DNA of 64,000 nt, taken from Octopus sinensis (lineage: Eukaryota). Position 1 is the stretch's first letter; every line of letters begins with the position of its first letter. Positions 12,567 to 26,399 of the stretch are shown in pieces. The position numbers and the translations under genes were made by a program. The stretch is taken from assembly GCF_006345805.1 (NCBI RefSeq), contig NC_043002.1, positions 99,324,001 to 99,388,000 of the forward strand, read 5' to 3'. A model generated the notes under the pieces. The model was given only the letters and a program-made list of their open reading frames with translations. It had not been told where the DNA came from and did not search any database.

Positions 12567-12870
12567 TGGAGGCGCAATGGCCCGGTGGTTAGGTCAGCAG
12601 ACTCACGGTCGGAGGATCGCAGTTTCGATACCCAGACCGGGCGTTGTGTGTGTTTATTGAGCGAAAATACCTAAAAGCTCCACGAAGCTCCGGCAGGGGG
12701 TGGCGGCAACCCCTGTTGTACACTTGCCACAACTTTCTCTTACTCTCTCTTCCTGTTTCTTGTGTAACGCTTCGATGGACTGGCATCCCGTCCAGCTGGG
12801 GGGAATACATATGCCACAGAAAAAGGGAAACCAGGTCCATGAGCCTGAATAGGCTTGAAAAAGACGACGT
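12567..12870 (+). mobile_element. tRNA-derived SINE (head A, tail X)
   Basis: gtggaggcgcaatggcccggtggttag...gtttcgatacc head and gatggactggcatcccgtccagctggg tail, with a probable TSD tttatttg. Confidence 0.88.
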
Positions 12871-13947
12871 TTATCGTTTTATTTGCGCACAGTTATAATT
12901 TGACCATGTTAAAGTTAGCATTCTTTATATTTGAATTTCCAAAGACTGATTTCATTTTTGTTTTAGGACAATTATGCAGCGTTTTAAATTGATTATATCA
13001 TTAATTGGCGTCTTTTACTGAAAATGCACGATCAAAATTCATTTTATTATTATTCATGTTGTTATATCCTTGTAGACTGCTCAAAACGGTTATCGATCCT
13101 AATGTCATGCTTTAAGGCGGTGAGTGAATGCGGGTGGCTTAGTTGTCAGAGTATTCGGCATGATCGTAAGATCGCGAGTTCAATTCCCGACGACGCATTC
13201 TGTCTATGAACAAGACATTTTATTTCATCTGAAAGTATCTGAACAGTAAAATATTATAAACGGTATTGTAGCACGGACGTTTTAGTATAAGAATAAATGC
13301 AAGTCAAAACGTTGAGAGTTCAAATCCCACTTACGATGCTTCAAAGTTCCATTACAACGGTGAATCGTGTACGATATGAACACACATAATGTAAGTGGAG
13401 GAGGTGTGTTTTCCGATGATGAAGAAAAATCGTAATCAGATATTTATTTTCAAAACCGTTTTCAGAAAAGAGGGTATTATACACCGTTAAAGACGGAGTG
13501 AAAATAATCCACGCATGCTTAAAATAATTAAACGAAGTCACTCCTCTGCGCTTACGCTAGGCATGGGCACACTGGACAATGCATGCGTATATGTGTGTTT
13601 CAATATACATATATTTTCATATTTCAGTTACTAGTTTCTTTCTTTGAATTGGCGTTATGCAGCGGCACTGCTTTGACGGCTACATTGATTTGTGATATTT
13701 GTTGTATTTTACTTTATTTATTTATTTATTGCATTTTGCGTTCAAATCCTGCTGAGGTCGAAATTTTGCCTTCCTATCTCTCTGGAGTTGATGAAATAAA
13801 GTTAATTGTTCAGGACTTGTGCGTATATTAGACAGAATGACGAAGGGGAGTTGATTAACCAATTTGTTTGCTTCTTGGACAAAATTCCTTGCAGTTATTC
13901 ATCCGACTCTACGTTCTGGGTTCAATTCCCACCGTGGTCAATATTTC

Positions 13948-14431
13948 GGATCTTTTCACTTTCGTCGGTACATCGAGAAATTAATTTTTTGTAACTAAAC
14001 ACTTTCAAACTTCGGACACTGATAGAATGTGTCATATAAAACATCTTTTACTCTCAGCGTTGTTGAGAAAACTTTCTATTTAGGAAGATATTTCGTGTTA
14101 AAGTTGTATTTCGGTAATTTCGACCAGTCAATGACGTTTATTCTGCTGAATAAAATTACTGCTGTTGTTTGTCAGCAACAATATACACCGCCGATAGTTG
14201 TTGTTGACAAGCAATAGCAGTAATTTTATTCAGCTGAATACATGTCATTGATTGGTTGAAATTACCGAAATACAACTTTAACACGAAATAACTTCGTAAA
14301 TAGAAACTTTTCTCAACAATGCTAAGTGTAAAAGATGTTTTTTATGACACATTCTACCTGTGTCCGAAGTTTGAAATTGTTTAGTCACAAAAAATTAATT
14401 TCTCGATCTGCCGATGTAAGTGAAAATTTCC
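13948..14431. mobile_element. Foldback (hairpin) MITE related to the Merlin-like family, inserted in a SINE
   Basis: Imperfect inverted arms of ~230 bp start ggatcttttcactttcgtcgg and end ccgatgtaagtgaaaatttcc. The arms share gtagaatgtg...ataaaacatctttt...tgagaaaa...caatcaatgacgt with 15753-16173. Confidence 0.8.
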
Positions 14432-14686
14432 AACTTATCTTCCAGAGTCGATTAATAAAATTCAAATCAAATTACCCGCCCTTCAAAACCTCTTGCCTTG
14501 TGCTTAAATAAGAAACATCCATTCATGCTATATTTAATTATGCTCATTTATGTTCCGAGTTCAAATCCAAAGTGATGTACTTCGTTTCGATCTTGCTTCG
14601 TTGGTAAAATAAAATACAAATCAATGTCTTCGATTTCATCGACTATATTCGTACAAAGTTAAATGTACTAAGTTATTATATTCTTG

Positions 14687-14990
14687 GAGGCGCAATGGCC
14701 CAGTGGTTAGGGTAGCGGACTGGCGGTTGGAGGATCCCGGTTTCGATTCCGAGACCGGGCGTTGTGTGTGTTTATTGAGCGAAAACGCCTAAAGCTCCAC
14801 GAAGCTCCGGCAAGGGGTGGTGGTGACCCCTGTTGTACTCTTTCGCCCGAACTTTCTCTCACTCTATCTTCTTGTTTCTTGAGTAACGCTGCGATGGACT
14901 GGTATCCCGTCCAGCTGGGGAGGGACACATATGCCACAGAAACCGGAAAACCGGGCCTATGAGCCTGGCTAGGCTTGAAAAGGGCGCATA
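14687..14990 (+). mobile_element. tRNA-derived SINE (head A, tail X)
   Basis: Same family as 12567-12870. Confidence 0.88.
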
Positions 14991-15031
14991 AATAAAATAA
15001 AAAATTATTTTCTTAATATTGACATATTTTA

Positions 15032-15365
15032 AGGCGCAGAGTGAAGGCGTACGACTTATTTGTTACGGTATTCAGCGTGATCTGAAGATCGTGAGTTCCA
15101 CTCTCGACGACGTATTATGTCATTGAGCAAGACACTTTATTTCATGTTGCTCTAATCCACTCAGCTGACAAAAAATGAGTAGTACCTGTATTTCGAAGGA
15201 CCATCCGTGTTTCATTCTGTATCACAGTGGATTTCCTTGAGAGCTACGTTAAGAGGACACGGGTCTGTGAAATGCTCAGCCACTAGCACGTTAATTTCAC
15301 GAGCTAGCTGATCCGTTGATTGAATCAACTGGAACCCATCTTGTCATAAACGTCGCAGGGCCAGT
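15032..15365 (+). mobile_element. tRNA-derived SINE (head B with V/CORE-like domain, tail Y)
   Basis: Body ttgagcaagacactttatttcatgttgctctaatccactcagctg followed by tail gtatttcgaagg...ctacgttaag...aatttcacgag...caactggaacc, shared with 734-1119. Confidence 0.8.
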
Positions 15366-15752
15366 TAAGGAGTTGAGTTCGCAGAATCGTTACAGTGCTG
15401 GGAAAACGCTTAGTAACATTTCCTCCTACTTTACGTTCTGAGTTCTATTGCGGCCGGCGTCGGCATTGCTTTTCGTCCTTTCGAGGTTGATAAAATAAGT
15501 ACATGTCGAACACTGGGATCAATGTAATGGATTTATTCTTCCCCCGAAATCGCTGTTCTTGTGGCAAAATTTGAAATCAATATTGACATGATTTACGTAA
15601 AACCACACATAGCATTAATATTGAAACTACATAATATCACACTCATTCCCATAGATTGAGATCTTCTGTACCTTATGTACCTTTTGTCAATCTGTTTGTT
15701 TACGTCCCAGTCACTAAGCATTTTGCTAAAATGGATCAAAAGAAAAGAGCAC

Positions 15753-16173
15753 GGATCTTTTCGGTTTGAACGGCAGATTTTAAAAATAATTTCCGCGTAA
15801 GTAAGCACTTTTAAATTTCGTATACTGGTAGAATGTGTTTATAAAACATCTTTTTCTCTTGGCTTTATTGAGAAAATTCTATTGTTCGTAAGATATTTGT
15901 TGTTGTTTTTTCTTCAATTTCTGCAAATTCAACCAATCAATGACGTCTATTGAGGTGAAAACATTCCATGTCGTATGAATATGTCCCTCGTTTAAGAAAC
16001 AGATTGGGTTTATTTACATTTCTCAGGGAAAAAAAGATACCCTTCCCCCACTCCTAACCCTAACCCTAACCCTAAGATTGAAATGCAAAAGATCGATACT
16101 AGGGTCATAATTATGGGTGCCAATTTCATATGACACCGCTAGAAAAAAACTGCCGTTCAAGCCGAAAAGATCC
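15753..16173. mobile_element. Merlin-like MITE with 8-bp TSD and internal telomere-type repeats
   Basis: TIRs ggatcttttcggtttgaacggcag / ctgccgttcaagccgaaaagatcc; TSD aagagcac at 15745-15752 and 16174-16181; (taaccc)n near 16055-16075. GG-starting TIRs with an 8-bp TSD fit Merlin. Confidence 0.8.
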
Positions 16174-17437
16174 AAGAGCACCATACTTGTAAAAAAAAAA
16201 AAACTAGGGTGGATTTGTTGGATTAACCCTTCTAAAGTTGCCCCAGTATCACAGCAGTTTAATAACTAGAACAAATAAAAATAAAGTAATGAGAGACCAT
16301 CGTCAATTGATTCCATTAACACGCGCAGTAGTGACTAAGAAACTGATCCTGGATAGATTTGAAACTTGAGCATGAAGAAATAAAACAAATTACCATAATA
16401 TATTTGCGCCAGTACCTTATTGATTTAACGGAAATGCTGCTCATAATAGTAACGATAAAGGAAAAATTCGGAACATAAGATTACTTCACTAAATAATGAA
16501 AGACATTACTTTGTCCGTGGCTCTGCTGATATAACAAACATCACCTCAATTATTGATTTCTATTTGGGAAGATAAAACGGGTACTTATTGCTTATTTTAT
16601 TTAAATGATAGGTATTTTGTCCAGTACTCAATCGATTCTATCATGTGATTCACTACATATAAATACTTAATAAACATACAAGTTTCACTCGTTTGAGTTT
16701 TCTTCTCCCGACAAAGCACACTAAATGAAAATGTATAGCAATAAAGGAAAGACAGACCTAATCAAATATACTTACAATGAAACATTGTAGAAGAATACTT
16801 GGGAACTGGTCGTGGATAATAGTTTCGCTCGGGAAGTTGATTTTTGTACATGTAAAACTTTTGTGCAGAAAGTTTACAAATGGAATACATTAATTTTACC
16901 ACCAGATAAAACGTCCACGGCAGAAAACGTCACCGAAACGTCCATTTCTTTTGATCTTTGAGAGGCCGTCCCAACTAACGTCTTTTTAAAAGGATTCCAA
17001 ATACAGGTTATAAGAGTAGAGGAAAGTATCCTCAAACCAGATGTCTTTCTGGAATGCTTGCATCAGTATAAAATACCTTAAAGGTAACGGAAGAGCTAAG
17101 AGGCTATGTTAAACCGCTCTACAAATGGAGTTTATCACCCAAATAGGTCACAGAGCGATTTAAACTCAGAATGAAATGAGCCAAAGCAAATACCGTAAGT
17201 TATACGGTCTAATATTTTTAGTTTCTCTGATCGGGTGTAGTCATAGGTGAGTGATTAACGATGTCAATTAGCATTCATAAGATCCAGGGTTTCGTTTCCA
17301 CAGCGTGTTCTTTGGCCATATTTTGTCGATATTCACAGCCTGGTGGGAAAAACGAAGGCCAAAAAAACTATCTATAAATCAGTCGTTCTCAACTGGGCTC
17401 CAGATTACCCTTCTTAGTCCATATAAGATTCAGAAAA

Positions 17438-17650
17438 GTGGAGGCGTGTGGCTTAGTGGTTAGAGTGTTGGGGTCATCATCGTAAGATTGTGGTTTTGAT
17501 TCCTGGACCCGGTGACACATTTGGTCTTGAGCAAAACACTTCATTTCGCATCGGTCCAGTTCGTTCAGCTGAAAAGAATGATCAATCAAGCGACGGACTG
17601 GCGTCCTGTCAAGGTGGGGAAATTATACGTCTATGGAAATCGGGAAATTG
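17438..17650 (+). mobile_element. tRNA-derived SINE (head B, tail X)
   Basis: gtggaggcgtgtggcttagtggttag head, tcttgagcaaaacacttcatttc body and gcgacggactggcgtcctgtcaaggtgggg tail. Confidence 0.75.
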
Positions 17651-18202
17651 TGTGTGTGTGCATGTGTGTGTGTATGTGTGTGCATGTGTATGTGTATGCG
17701 TGTGTGTGCGCGCATGTGTGTGTGGATAGATAGATTGATAGATAGATAGATAGACACACGATATATCCCTCTGTCAATTTCGCTGACAGAACAATGGTTG
17801 ATTCGGGGCCATATGGGAATACACCAGCATACTGCGCCGCGCAGTTGGGCAGTACTTGAAATCTCGTAGCTGTAAAATGAACTTCTTAACTATACAGTCG
17901 ACCCTACCTGTTCTGCTGAAAATCAATATTTAGAGTGATGTATAACATGACCAGTAGAGCATCAAACAAATAATGCCTTGCATTATTTATCGCAGGAACT
18001 TTACGTTCTGACAGTTGGCTTTATCATTGTTATTAACAGCCATATGTCCGTTAATTGATAGCTCAGTGAAAGAAATACGTTACGGATATTTGACTTGTTG
18101 CATCGTGTTACAAGTTCATCTTGGGTGTGTTACTTCAATTGTGTACATACTTTTAAACATATATAATCTCCCTGTCTCTAACTCTCTTTCTCTGCCTCCC
18201 TG

Positions 18203-18236
<34 letters not shown>

Positions 18237-18419
18237 TGTATGTATGTATCTATCTATCTATCTGTCTCGTGGTCGACTTTGCCTTTCATCCTTTCGGGGT
18301 CGATAAATTAAGTACCAGTTACGCACTGGGGTCGATATAATCGACTTAATACCTTTGTCTGTCGTTGTTTGTCCCCTCTATGTTTAGCCCTTTGTGGGTA
18401 ATAAAGAAATATATCTGTC

Positions 18420-18493
18420 TGTCTATGTATGTATGTGTGTGTATGTATGTATGTAAGTATGTATGTATGTATGTATGTATGTATGTATGTATA

Positions 18494-18561
<68 letters not shown>

Positions 18562-18594
18562 AATCTATCTATCTATCAATCTATCTATCTATCA

Positions 18595-18653
<59 letters not shown>

Positions 18654-18654
18654 A

Positions 18655-18720
<66 letters not shown>
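18420..18720. repeat. Compound (TATG)n(TATC)n microsatellite
   Basis: Direct inspection; it generates ORFs 18365-18793, 18429-18743 and 18463-18777. Confidence 0.95.
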
Positions 18721-18724
<4 letters not shown>

Positions 18725-19384
18725 ACACTATTTATGTATATAGGTATATCATATGTGTGTGTATTGATTTGTCTTGAAAAAAAAAGTGTTTGATAGTAAA
18801 TTCGAAGTTAACAAACTTTCAATATCAACATGTAGAGAGAAATCCTTCACGTTCACGTGAAATTGCCTTTATCTGCAACTTGGCATGACGCATGTGTGTG
18901 TTATTTATGTATGTGCGTGCCTCATTTAGGGATGGGCATTTCTGTGTGTGAATGGGAAAGAGGGAGAGAGAGAGAGAGAGAGAGTGGGTGAGAGAGAGAG
19001 AGAGAGTGGTTGACAGCGAGTGGGTGAGAGGGAAGGATTGGAAGAGAGAAAGAGAGTGGAAGAGAAAGAGAGAGAAAGAGAATAAGTGGGAGATAGACCG
19101 AAAGAGAAAGGGAGAAGGAAAGAAAGAGAGTGGGAGAAGGAGAGAAAGGGAGTGTGAGAGGGAGAGAACGCGAGTGGGATAAAGAGAAAGAAAGAGGGAG
19201 ATAGTAAGTGTGTGTGTGTGTGTGTGTGTGCGTGCGTGTGTGTATATGTTTATTTGTGTGATTTGTCAAAGCTACTTCAAAGATTCTGTTAGCTGGTTAA
19301 GTAATGCAATCTTAATTCAAGATCTTTTCATCTGGTCAGCATTCACAACTATCTGCATTTGTGAAGCATCAACTTCAAATCTAA

Positions 19385-19676
19385 TGGTTGATTAATTCCA
19401 CCCTCCAAATTGCGTGTAGTAGCGACGGTTTTCTCTTGAAACGCTCTTTTATACCTATATCTTGAGCACCAGATACAGGGAACCAGTAAACTGCTTAAAA
19501 TAACCATATATGTATGTATCTATCTATCTATCTATCTATTTAGCTGTCTATGTATGCATGTATGTGCATGTATGTATCTATCTATCTGACTATCTATCTA
19601 TCTATATATATATCTATCTATCCATATAGGTGTATCATATCTATCTATCTATCTATTTATCTACCTATATAGCTGT

Positions 19677-19764
<88 letters not shown>

Positions 19765-19870
19765 TAGACATATATATATTATTTGGCGCAGTTTGCAGGT
19801 TCCTTCGATCTGGTGCTCAAGAGAGAAAAATCATCAATACGACACGCAAATTACAGGTTAGAATTAATCA
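19385..19870. repeat. Diverged inverted repeat (~19385-19500 / ~19785-19870) around a TATC/TA microsatellite
   Basis: cagtttgcaggttccttcgatctggtgctcaaga...acacgcaaattacaggttagaattaatca matches the reverse complement of 19385-19495, apart from an indel. Confidence 0.6.
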
Positions 19871-20051
19871 GTCAGTCAGTCTATACGATTTTATCGGTAA
19901 TATTTCTTGGCTCATATTTGAGGGGACCTAACCCTATTGGAAATTCCTATGATCTACTCCTGTTTTACGCGGTAGTATAAATGCGCAAAATTCGACTCAC
20001 TACGTAAATATATTGAGTTTGAGGTGAATAGCATATTCATATCTGCTCAAA

Positions 20052-20141
20052 TTATTAAAATCCAGGGCCTTATCAATTAGTTCCACTACGTTGAATTTAT
20101 CTCAGATTTCTTAATCAAGCAATGTGCTATATGCACACATA

Positions 20142-20194
<53 letters not shown>

Positions 20195-20195
20195 T

Positions 20196-20248
<53 letters not shown>

Positions 20249-20320
20249 ATATAGCACATTGCTTGATTAAGAAATCTGAAATAAATTCAACGTTGAGGAA
20301 ATAATTGATAGGGCCCTGGA

Positions 20321-20330
<10 letters not shown>
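20052..20330. repeat. Hairpin with ~85-bp inverted arms around a (TA)n(GT)n loop
   Basis: attaaaatccagggccttatcaatta...ttaatcaagcaatgtgctatatgcac / gtgcatatagcacattgcttgattaa...taattgatagggccctggattttaat. Confidence 0.88.
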
Positions 20331-20384
<54 letters not shown>

Positions 20385-20758
20385 ATATATATATATATAT
20401 ATATATAGATATATATATATAATATATATATATATAATATATATATACATATGTATGTATGTATGTATATGTATATTGAGAGAGAGAGAGAGATCCCTCT
20501 GAATGAATAGCACATAGAATCTACGACTCCACACATTTGTAATAACGAATTACTATCCGAATTTACATACCATGCACAAGAAGCGTTTCTACACATTACT
20601 TTCCTTGGATAAGGGAACTGCGAGTATAACATCCTTCATATATTTCTACTTTTACTTTTGTACTCTTATTTGCCTTTATACTTCCTATTTCCATCCATCC
20701 ATCCATCCATATATATATATATATAATATATATATATATATGTCTGTGTGTATATATA

Positions 20759-20808
<50 letters not shown>

Positions 20809-20810
20809 TA

Positions 20811-21612
20811 CTAGCTTGCGTACCCGGTAATTCCCGGAGAATCAGGGCTATCCCTTGGTTCTGTTTTCATAATCGTTTCGCTAATCCAATGACAACAATA
20901 CAAAGTATGTAGCCCTTAAAACGTTTTTTTGTGAATTTACAGAGAATACCGAACTCTCGTACACAGTATCTTGTCTTTAGGAATTCCCATTAAGTTATGA
21001 ATACCGCAAATGTCAAATCTGTTATGTAATAACATGAAATTAGTTATCCGATAGTAAGAATTCAATTAAACTAGCCCCGAAAAGGAAAGGTCTTTGATGC
21101 GTTCCCAGAGTATATAGAACAGAGGCGGAAATACTAATAATATATGTATATTAAAATCGTGAAGCATGTTACATAATAACTGGCTAATCAGATATGAGAT
21201 AATAACAATTCAAAATAAATTAGTGTTGGTTTATTTGTGAATGAGTTACTAACTGAAATAAGTGGATCTATTGTTCAGGAAAATGCTATATTCTTGTTTT
21301 TAAGGGATGTACTGGATAAGTTACGAAAATAACTCTAACATTTCAAATACTATGAAATATGCAAACTCAATTTCATTTTTAAAAAATAATTTAGCGAAAT
21401 GAATGGGTTTTTGGTTATATTTAAGGATCCCTTCCAGTGGCCCTATTATCGACTCTTTCAACAATTGGTGTATGCCATGCGCTTTCAGACATGAGTTGTA
21501 CTCACGTGTCCGTGTCAAGTTTCATCAAAATCGATAAATCGATGTAGTAGAAGTTAGCTATCAACTCCACAAACATACTCACAGACAGAATTTTCCACAA
21601 ATGCAATATATA
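20811..21612 (-). mobile_element. Non-autonomous Helitron-like element
   Basis: The minus-strand 3' end ccgggaattaccgggtacgcaagCTAG|t has a hairpin plus CTAG. The 5' part gattttgatgaaacttgacac is shared with 22585-22969; the 5' TC is not seen. Confidence 0.6.
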
Positions 21613-22584
21613 TTCTTGTTTCAATCATTAGACAAGGGTCATGCTGAGGCACCGCCTTGAAATATTTTTAGTCGAAGAATTCCGATTCCAGTACATATTA
21701 TTTTTTTATAAAGCCTTATGTTTAAACTATCTGTCTCTTAAAAGGGGACGTAAACACACCAACATTGATTGTCAAGCGGCGGTGTAAGACAAACACAGAA
21801 ACGAAGAAATACACCCACACATAGGCGTGTATATATATATTTATTTATTTATTCATTTATTTATTTATTTAAAGTGACCAAACCACAAGTTATCACAGAA
21901 CACAAAAGTGAAATCGGACAAATGAATAAAAATTCCTAGAACCCCATCTCAATAAGGAAACATTCGAAAATTGAGTGGTAGATATATTTGAATCACCTGT
22001 GATTTCGACATGTTAGTTCTCATCAGCGAGCATCACAGATACATGCTTAGAGGATTTATTAATCCCAACGGTGTACGATGACCGTTTTTAATGCCCCAAC
22101 AATTTTTTTAAAAAGTGATCGAGTGCTATGTCAGCTTTCTGATACTGATTCCTAGTACCCTAAATTGTTAATTGACATCTTATACCGTTATATGTTTTTT
22201 ACGCATTCTAAACCACTGATATTATTATAGATAATAATATCCTCATATGTATTCTTTTCTAATCTAGGCACAAGGCCCGAAATTTTTATGAAGGTGGCCA
22301 CACGATTAGATTGACTCCACTAAGCCAGTCGGAATACCTATTTCTTTACAACCCACAAGGAGCTAAACACACAGGGGGCAAACAAGGACAGACAAACGGA
22401 TTATGTAGATTACATCGACCCCAGTGCGTAACTGGTACTTAATTTATCGACTCCGAAAGGATGAAAGGCAAAGTCAACCTCGGTGGAATTTGAACTCAGG
22501 ACGTAACGGCAGCCGAAATACCGCTAAGCATTTTGCCCGACGTGGTAACGTTTCTGCCAGGAAATAAATAAATAAATATATATA

Positions 22585-22969
22585 TCTCTCTCTATATAAA
22601 CGGCAGTTTGTCTGTGTGTGTGTCTGTGTGTCTGTCAGGTTGTACCCTCACCCTGACCACGGCTTTCAACCGATTCTGATGAAACTTGACACACACATAG
22701 CCCAATGTCATAATTCAAAACTAATGCAGCGAAAATTTTGAAAAGTTCCCCCAGTTCTGAAAAAGATCGATAAATTCGACATGGGGGTCGAGAATCAGAA
22801 ACACAAACCACAAACTGTCTAGGGGACGCAACTCGACCTTTTTAACTCTCAAAAAAAATTTACCATAATTTTTTTTCCATTTTTTTGCTATTTTTTGGCT
22901 ATAACTCTCTAAAAATGCTTTATAGTTATTTCCCTTACAAACCCGAGCAACGCCGGGCGATACTGCTAG
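22585..22969 (+). mobile_element. Non-autonomous Helitron
   Basis: a|TCtctctctatataaacggcag...cccgagcaacgccgggcgatactgCTAG|t: 5' TC, subterminal hairpin, 3' CTAG, inserted between A and T. Confidence 0.88.
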
Positions 22970-22974
22970 TATAT

Positions 22975-23075
<101 letters not shown>

Positions 23076-23315
23076 TAAACGAGTGAAAATTGAACCGGTG
23101 AGTGTGTTAAATGATAAATCACTAAAAGAGAATGGCAATAATATATATATAAATATATAAATATATATATATGGCGGACTTCTTTTAGTTTCTGTCTGAG
23201 AAATCCACTCACAAGGATATAGCAGAAAACACTTGCCTAAGGTGCCACACAGTGTAACTGAACGAGTAAACATGTAGCTGAGAAGCAATATCCTTCTATA
23301 CATTATATATGTATT

Positions 23316-23356
<41 letters not shown>

Positions 23357-24433
23357 GCGCGCGCGCACACACACACACCACATATATTTGTGTGCGCGCG
23401 CGCATTTGTGTGTGTGTCTCTAGATGTGTATGTGTGTGTGTGTCTAACGTATATAAAATATCGCTGTCATACCTGGTTTATGCAACAAATATTAGTTTGT
23501 GAGGAAAATCTTATTTCTCAAAGTTTAGCTTTTATTAATCGTGGCATTTTTAGAGTTTTAACTAGACAGTAGTCCCTCGTAATTATATTATTTCTGTCTT
23601 ATTGTCTCAACCAGTTATTCGTCAACACCCTCTTCAACTATTTCCAAGTGTAGTCTAAATTTCAATATATTGGTTTCGTCGAAAAATTATATATACACAT
23701 TCTGTCAAGCACACATAAGGGAAGCACATATGCAAACAAGGAAATATGCAAATTAACGACAGTTTTCTTGAAATAGCAGCCATACTTCCTGAGGACCAAC
23801 GTAGTTATTGCAGATCTTCACAGACAAGGTCATACTGGTCACAGTGTCCTTCGTGCTCGGTCAGCGCATTCACCATTAGAGAGATATTTCCCATAGGCAA
23901 TCTCCATCAGATGATACACTCAAACACACACACAAACATACACACACACACACATATATATACAGACACACATACACACACGCACACACATACACACACG
24001 CACACACTCACGCGCAAGCCGAAAATGAATTATTAAATTCTTTGCGTTTCAAGTTCTGTTTTAGGACTAATTAAAGCATAAATTTCTTTATTACAAATAT
24101 ATGTTTAAATGATGCTTCAAAACTCATTATCTGAGAAACAGTTGCTTTCAGTATACTTTTTTATTTGACATATTTTAAAATGTTTGTTATTACTTGACGA
24201 TAATTAACGAAAGAACATTAACTATTTAAGATGCTGTCAATAATTTTTTTTCTTTTATCAAGAAAATTTTATTTGTCATTGCTTTATTTGCATTAAAAGA
24301 AAAGCAAATAACTGTTTTTGGCGCGTTGTTTAGCAACCACTTGGCATTGAATTCAATCCCGATAGATGAGAAATTCGGAAAATGTTTTCTACTATAGCCA
24401 CTGGTGGGAAAATTATTTGTGACCGAAGCTCGT

Positions 24434-24470
<37 letters not shown>

Positions 24471-25672
24471 GTATGCGTACGTGTGTATCGTTGTGCTTGT
24501 CCCCAAATTGCTTCACAACCGGCGTCTTGTTTACGACCCCATAACATAGCATTTCGGCAAAAGAGATGAAGGAATAAGTAGAGGACTTCAAAATGTGAAT
24601 AAATCTCTCAAGGCAGTGCACGAGCATGGTCATTGCCCGGTGACAAAAAACAGGGGTTCGAAAAAATGAACCTTCCGATGACTAAAACAAGTAAAAGATT
24701 AAAAGAATACACCCCCCCGCATATACACACACATACACACACCTATATATGAGCAATTGTACGTTCGAGAGCGTGCGCATGTGTATGTGTGCGCGTCTTA
24801 ATTACGTGACCAACTACTTCCGTTTGTGATGCTTGGATTTGGCCGCTCTCTCGTGAATGAAACAAAAATGTGAAACAGGGCAGCATAATTTTGTCGCGAT
24901 TTTCATATTTATTTTATATATTAACAAAGGTACTTACGCGTAATTAAGCTACATTTTGTTTATTGTTTTTCTTCAAAGTGAAATGCAATTCAATCTCTTA
25001 CTATTTTAGATTTTTGGTTTTTTTCATCAAACATCTGTCGATATGTAGTTAGAGCGCAATAAAACACTTAATGGCTTATGGAGTTTCTTTGATGTTTTCT
25101 GCATCGACTTACTAATTTCTTCACGTGTATGTTTACTCTGTCAGCATAATATTTGTTTTGATTATTTCGGAACTTTCGATTAGTTTTACAAAGATACAGA
25201 TTAGTTAAGCTGAGTCTAAGTCTGCAAATCTGCATTAAATTATAAGAGTTGCTTCGTAATTACAAAAAAATAAAGTGCTCTATGATTATATGGTACAGAT
25301 AAACGTGTATCAGGACTCAACATGAAAATAAATGATAAAAGATATAAAGAAAATCTCCTGTTAAAATATTAATATATAGATGCGTATTTCATAGTGAATA
25401 TAATACGTTAAGATAACGTAGAATATTGGTTGCTATTTATTTAGAAAACGCATATACACACATACACATGTGATGTTTCAATTTTATATAAATATGTAAT
25501 GAAATATTGCAATGCATCTGGGGTTATATGCCGATGAACAAGTGAGAAAATATTACTTTGATAAGATGTTTACTCCGACATGCACCGAAACACGCACACG
25601 TACTCATGCACGCATTCATATACATGCATACATACATACATACATACATACTTATATACATACATACATACA

Positions 25673-25704
<32 letters not shown>

Positions 25705-26259
25705 CAGTATTTATATAAAAGCCCGAAGAATTAATCAGAAAAACATAAATATATCCTATCCTGCGGAAGGATCATTAAGATAATGGCGGTGCCCCAGCTT
25801 GGCCACAGCTAGTGAGCTGAAACTAGATAAATAAATAAATAAAAAATACTCAACCAAATACGCGCATCTACACAGCATAACGCCTCGCTTGAAACCGTTT
25901 AAATAATTTTGTGTTATTGTTTTATAATTAAAAGACAAGTAAATAACACGACTAACCAGAAGCATTACTTATGCTAATAATGCATATAAATAAGTTAGAC
26001 TTATCCTTTTGCAAACCTTGACTTTCTAAGAGCAATATATATCATCCATCGAAACAATTTCAATGTATCATTTATTGTTTTATCCTTGTAGTATTTGACT
26101 TCAGAATATGTTGGACCGTGTCTTAGTAACTGTCCGCCGTCAAATATTATAACATTCCAAAATATTATATTTGATTTACCAATTGCCACAAAGATTTGAG
26201 GTGTTTGAGTACGCCGATTTGAATGACAAATAAAATTGTTCTCCAATGAAACTACATAC

Positions 26260-26362
26260 AGTGAATTGTGGTGTTCGAGAAGGTTTCTTTTTCCAGTTGC
26301 TCTTGCTCTAGCGACAGGAATACGGCTCTAGAAACCAAGTCTGCAGCTGGAAAACCAATTTG
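26260..26362 (-). CDS. Candidate exon of an unidentified gene (may instead be a non-coding first exon)
   Basis: Acceptor ctttttcctccctaAG and donor cact|GTATGT bound QIGFPAADLVSRAVFLSLEQEQLEKETFSNTTIH plus 1 nt. The track ORF 26252-26434 starts at GTG, not ATG. Confidence 0.3.
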
Positions 26363-26399
26363 CTTAGGGAGGAAAAAGTAGTCGTACCCGACTGGATGT

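Noticed and set aside
13330-13520. Minus-strand segment with a strong GTAAGT donor and a long AG-free zone
   Set aside because: Stops occur in all three frames from the acceptor; it could be a UTR exon or micro-exon but cannot be supported without RNA data.
14687-14760. tRNA-like sequences with A/B boxes
   Set aside because: They continue directly into SINE bodies and lack a complete cloverleaf, so they are not tRNA genes.
16050-16076. (TAACCC)n as a telomere or chromosome-fusion scar
   Set aside because: Only a few units, at a fixed position inside a MITE with TIRs and TSDs.
16770-17080. Several protein-like frames on both strands and repeated aaacgtc motifs
   Set aside because: No consistent splice-bounded frame or recognisable homology.
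22674-22730. CTGATGA inside the Helitron; similar isolated CUGANGA at 23789, 26751, 38982 (+) and 28580, 48082 (-)
   Set aside because: No stem II followed by GAAA and NUH; not hammerheads.
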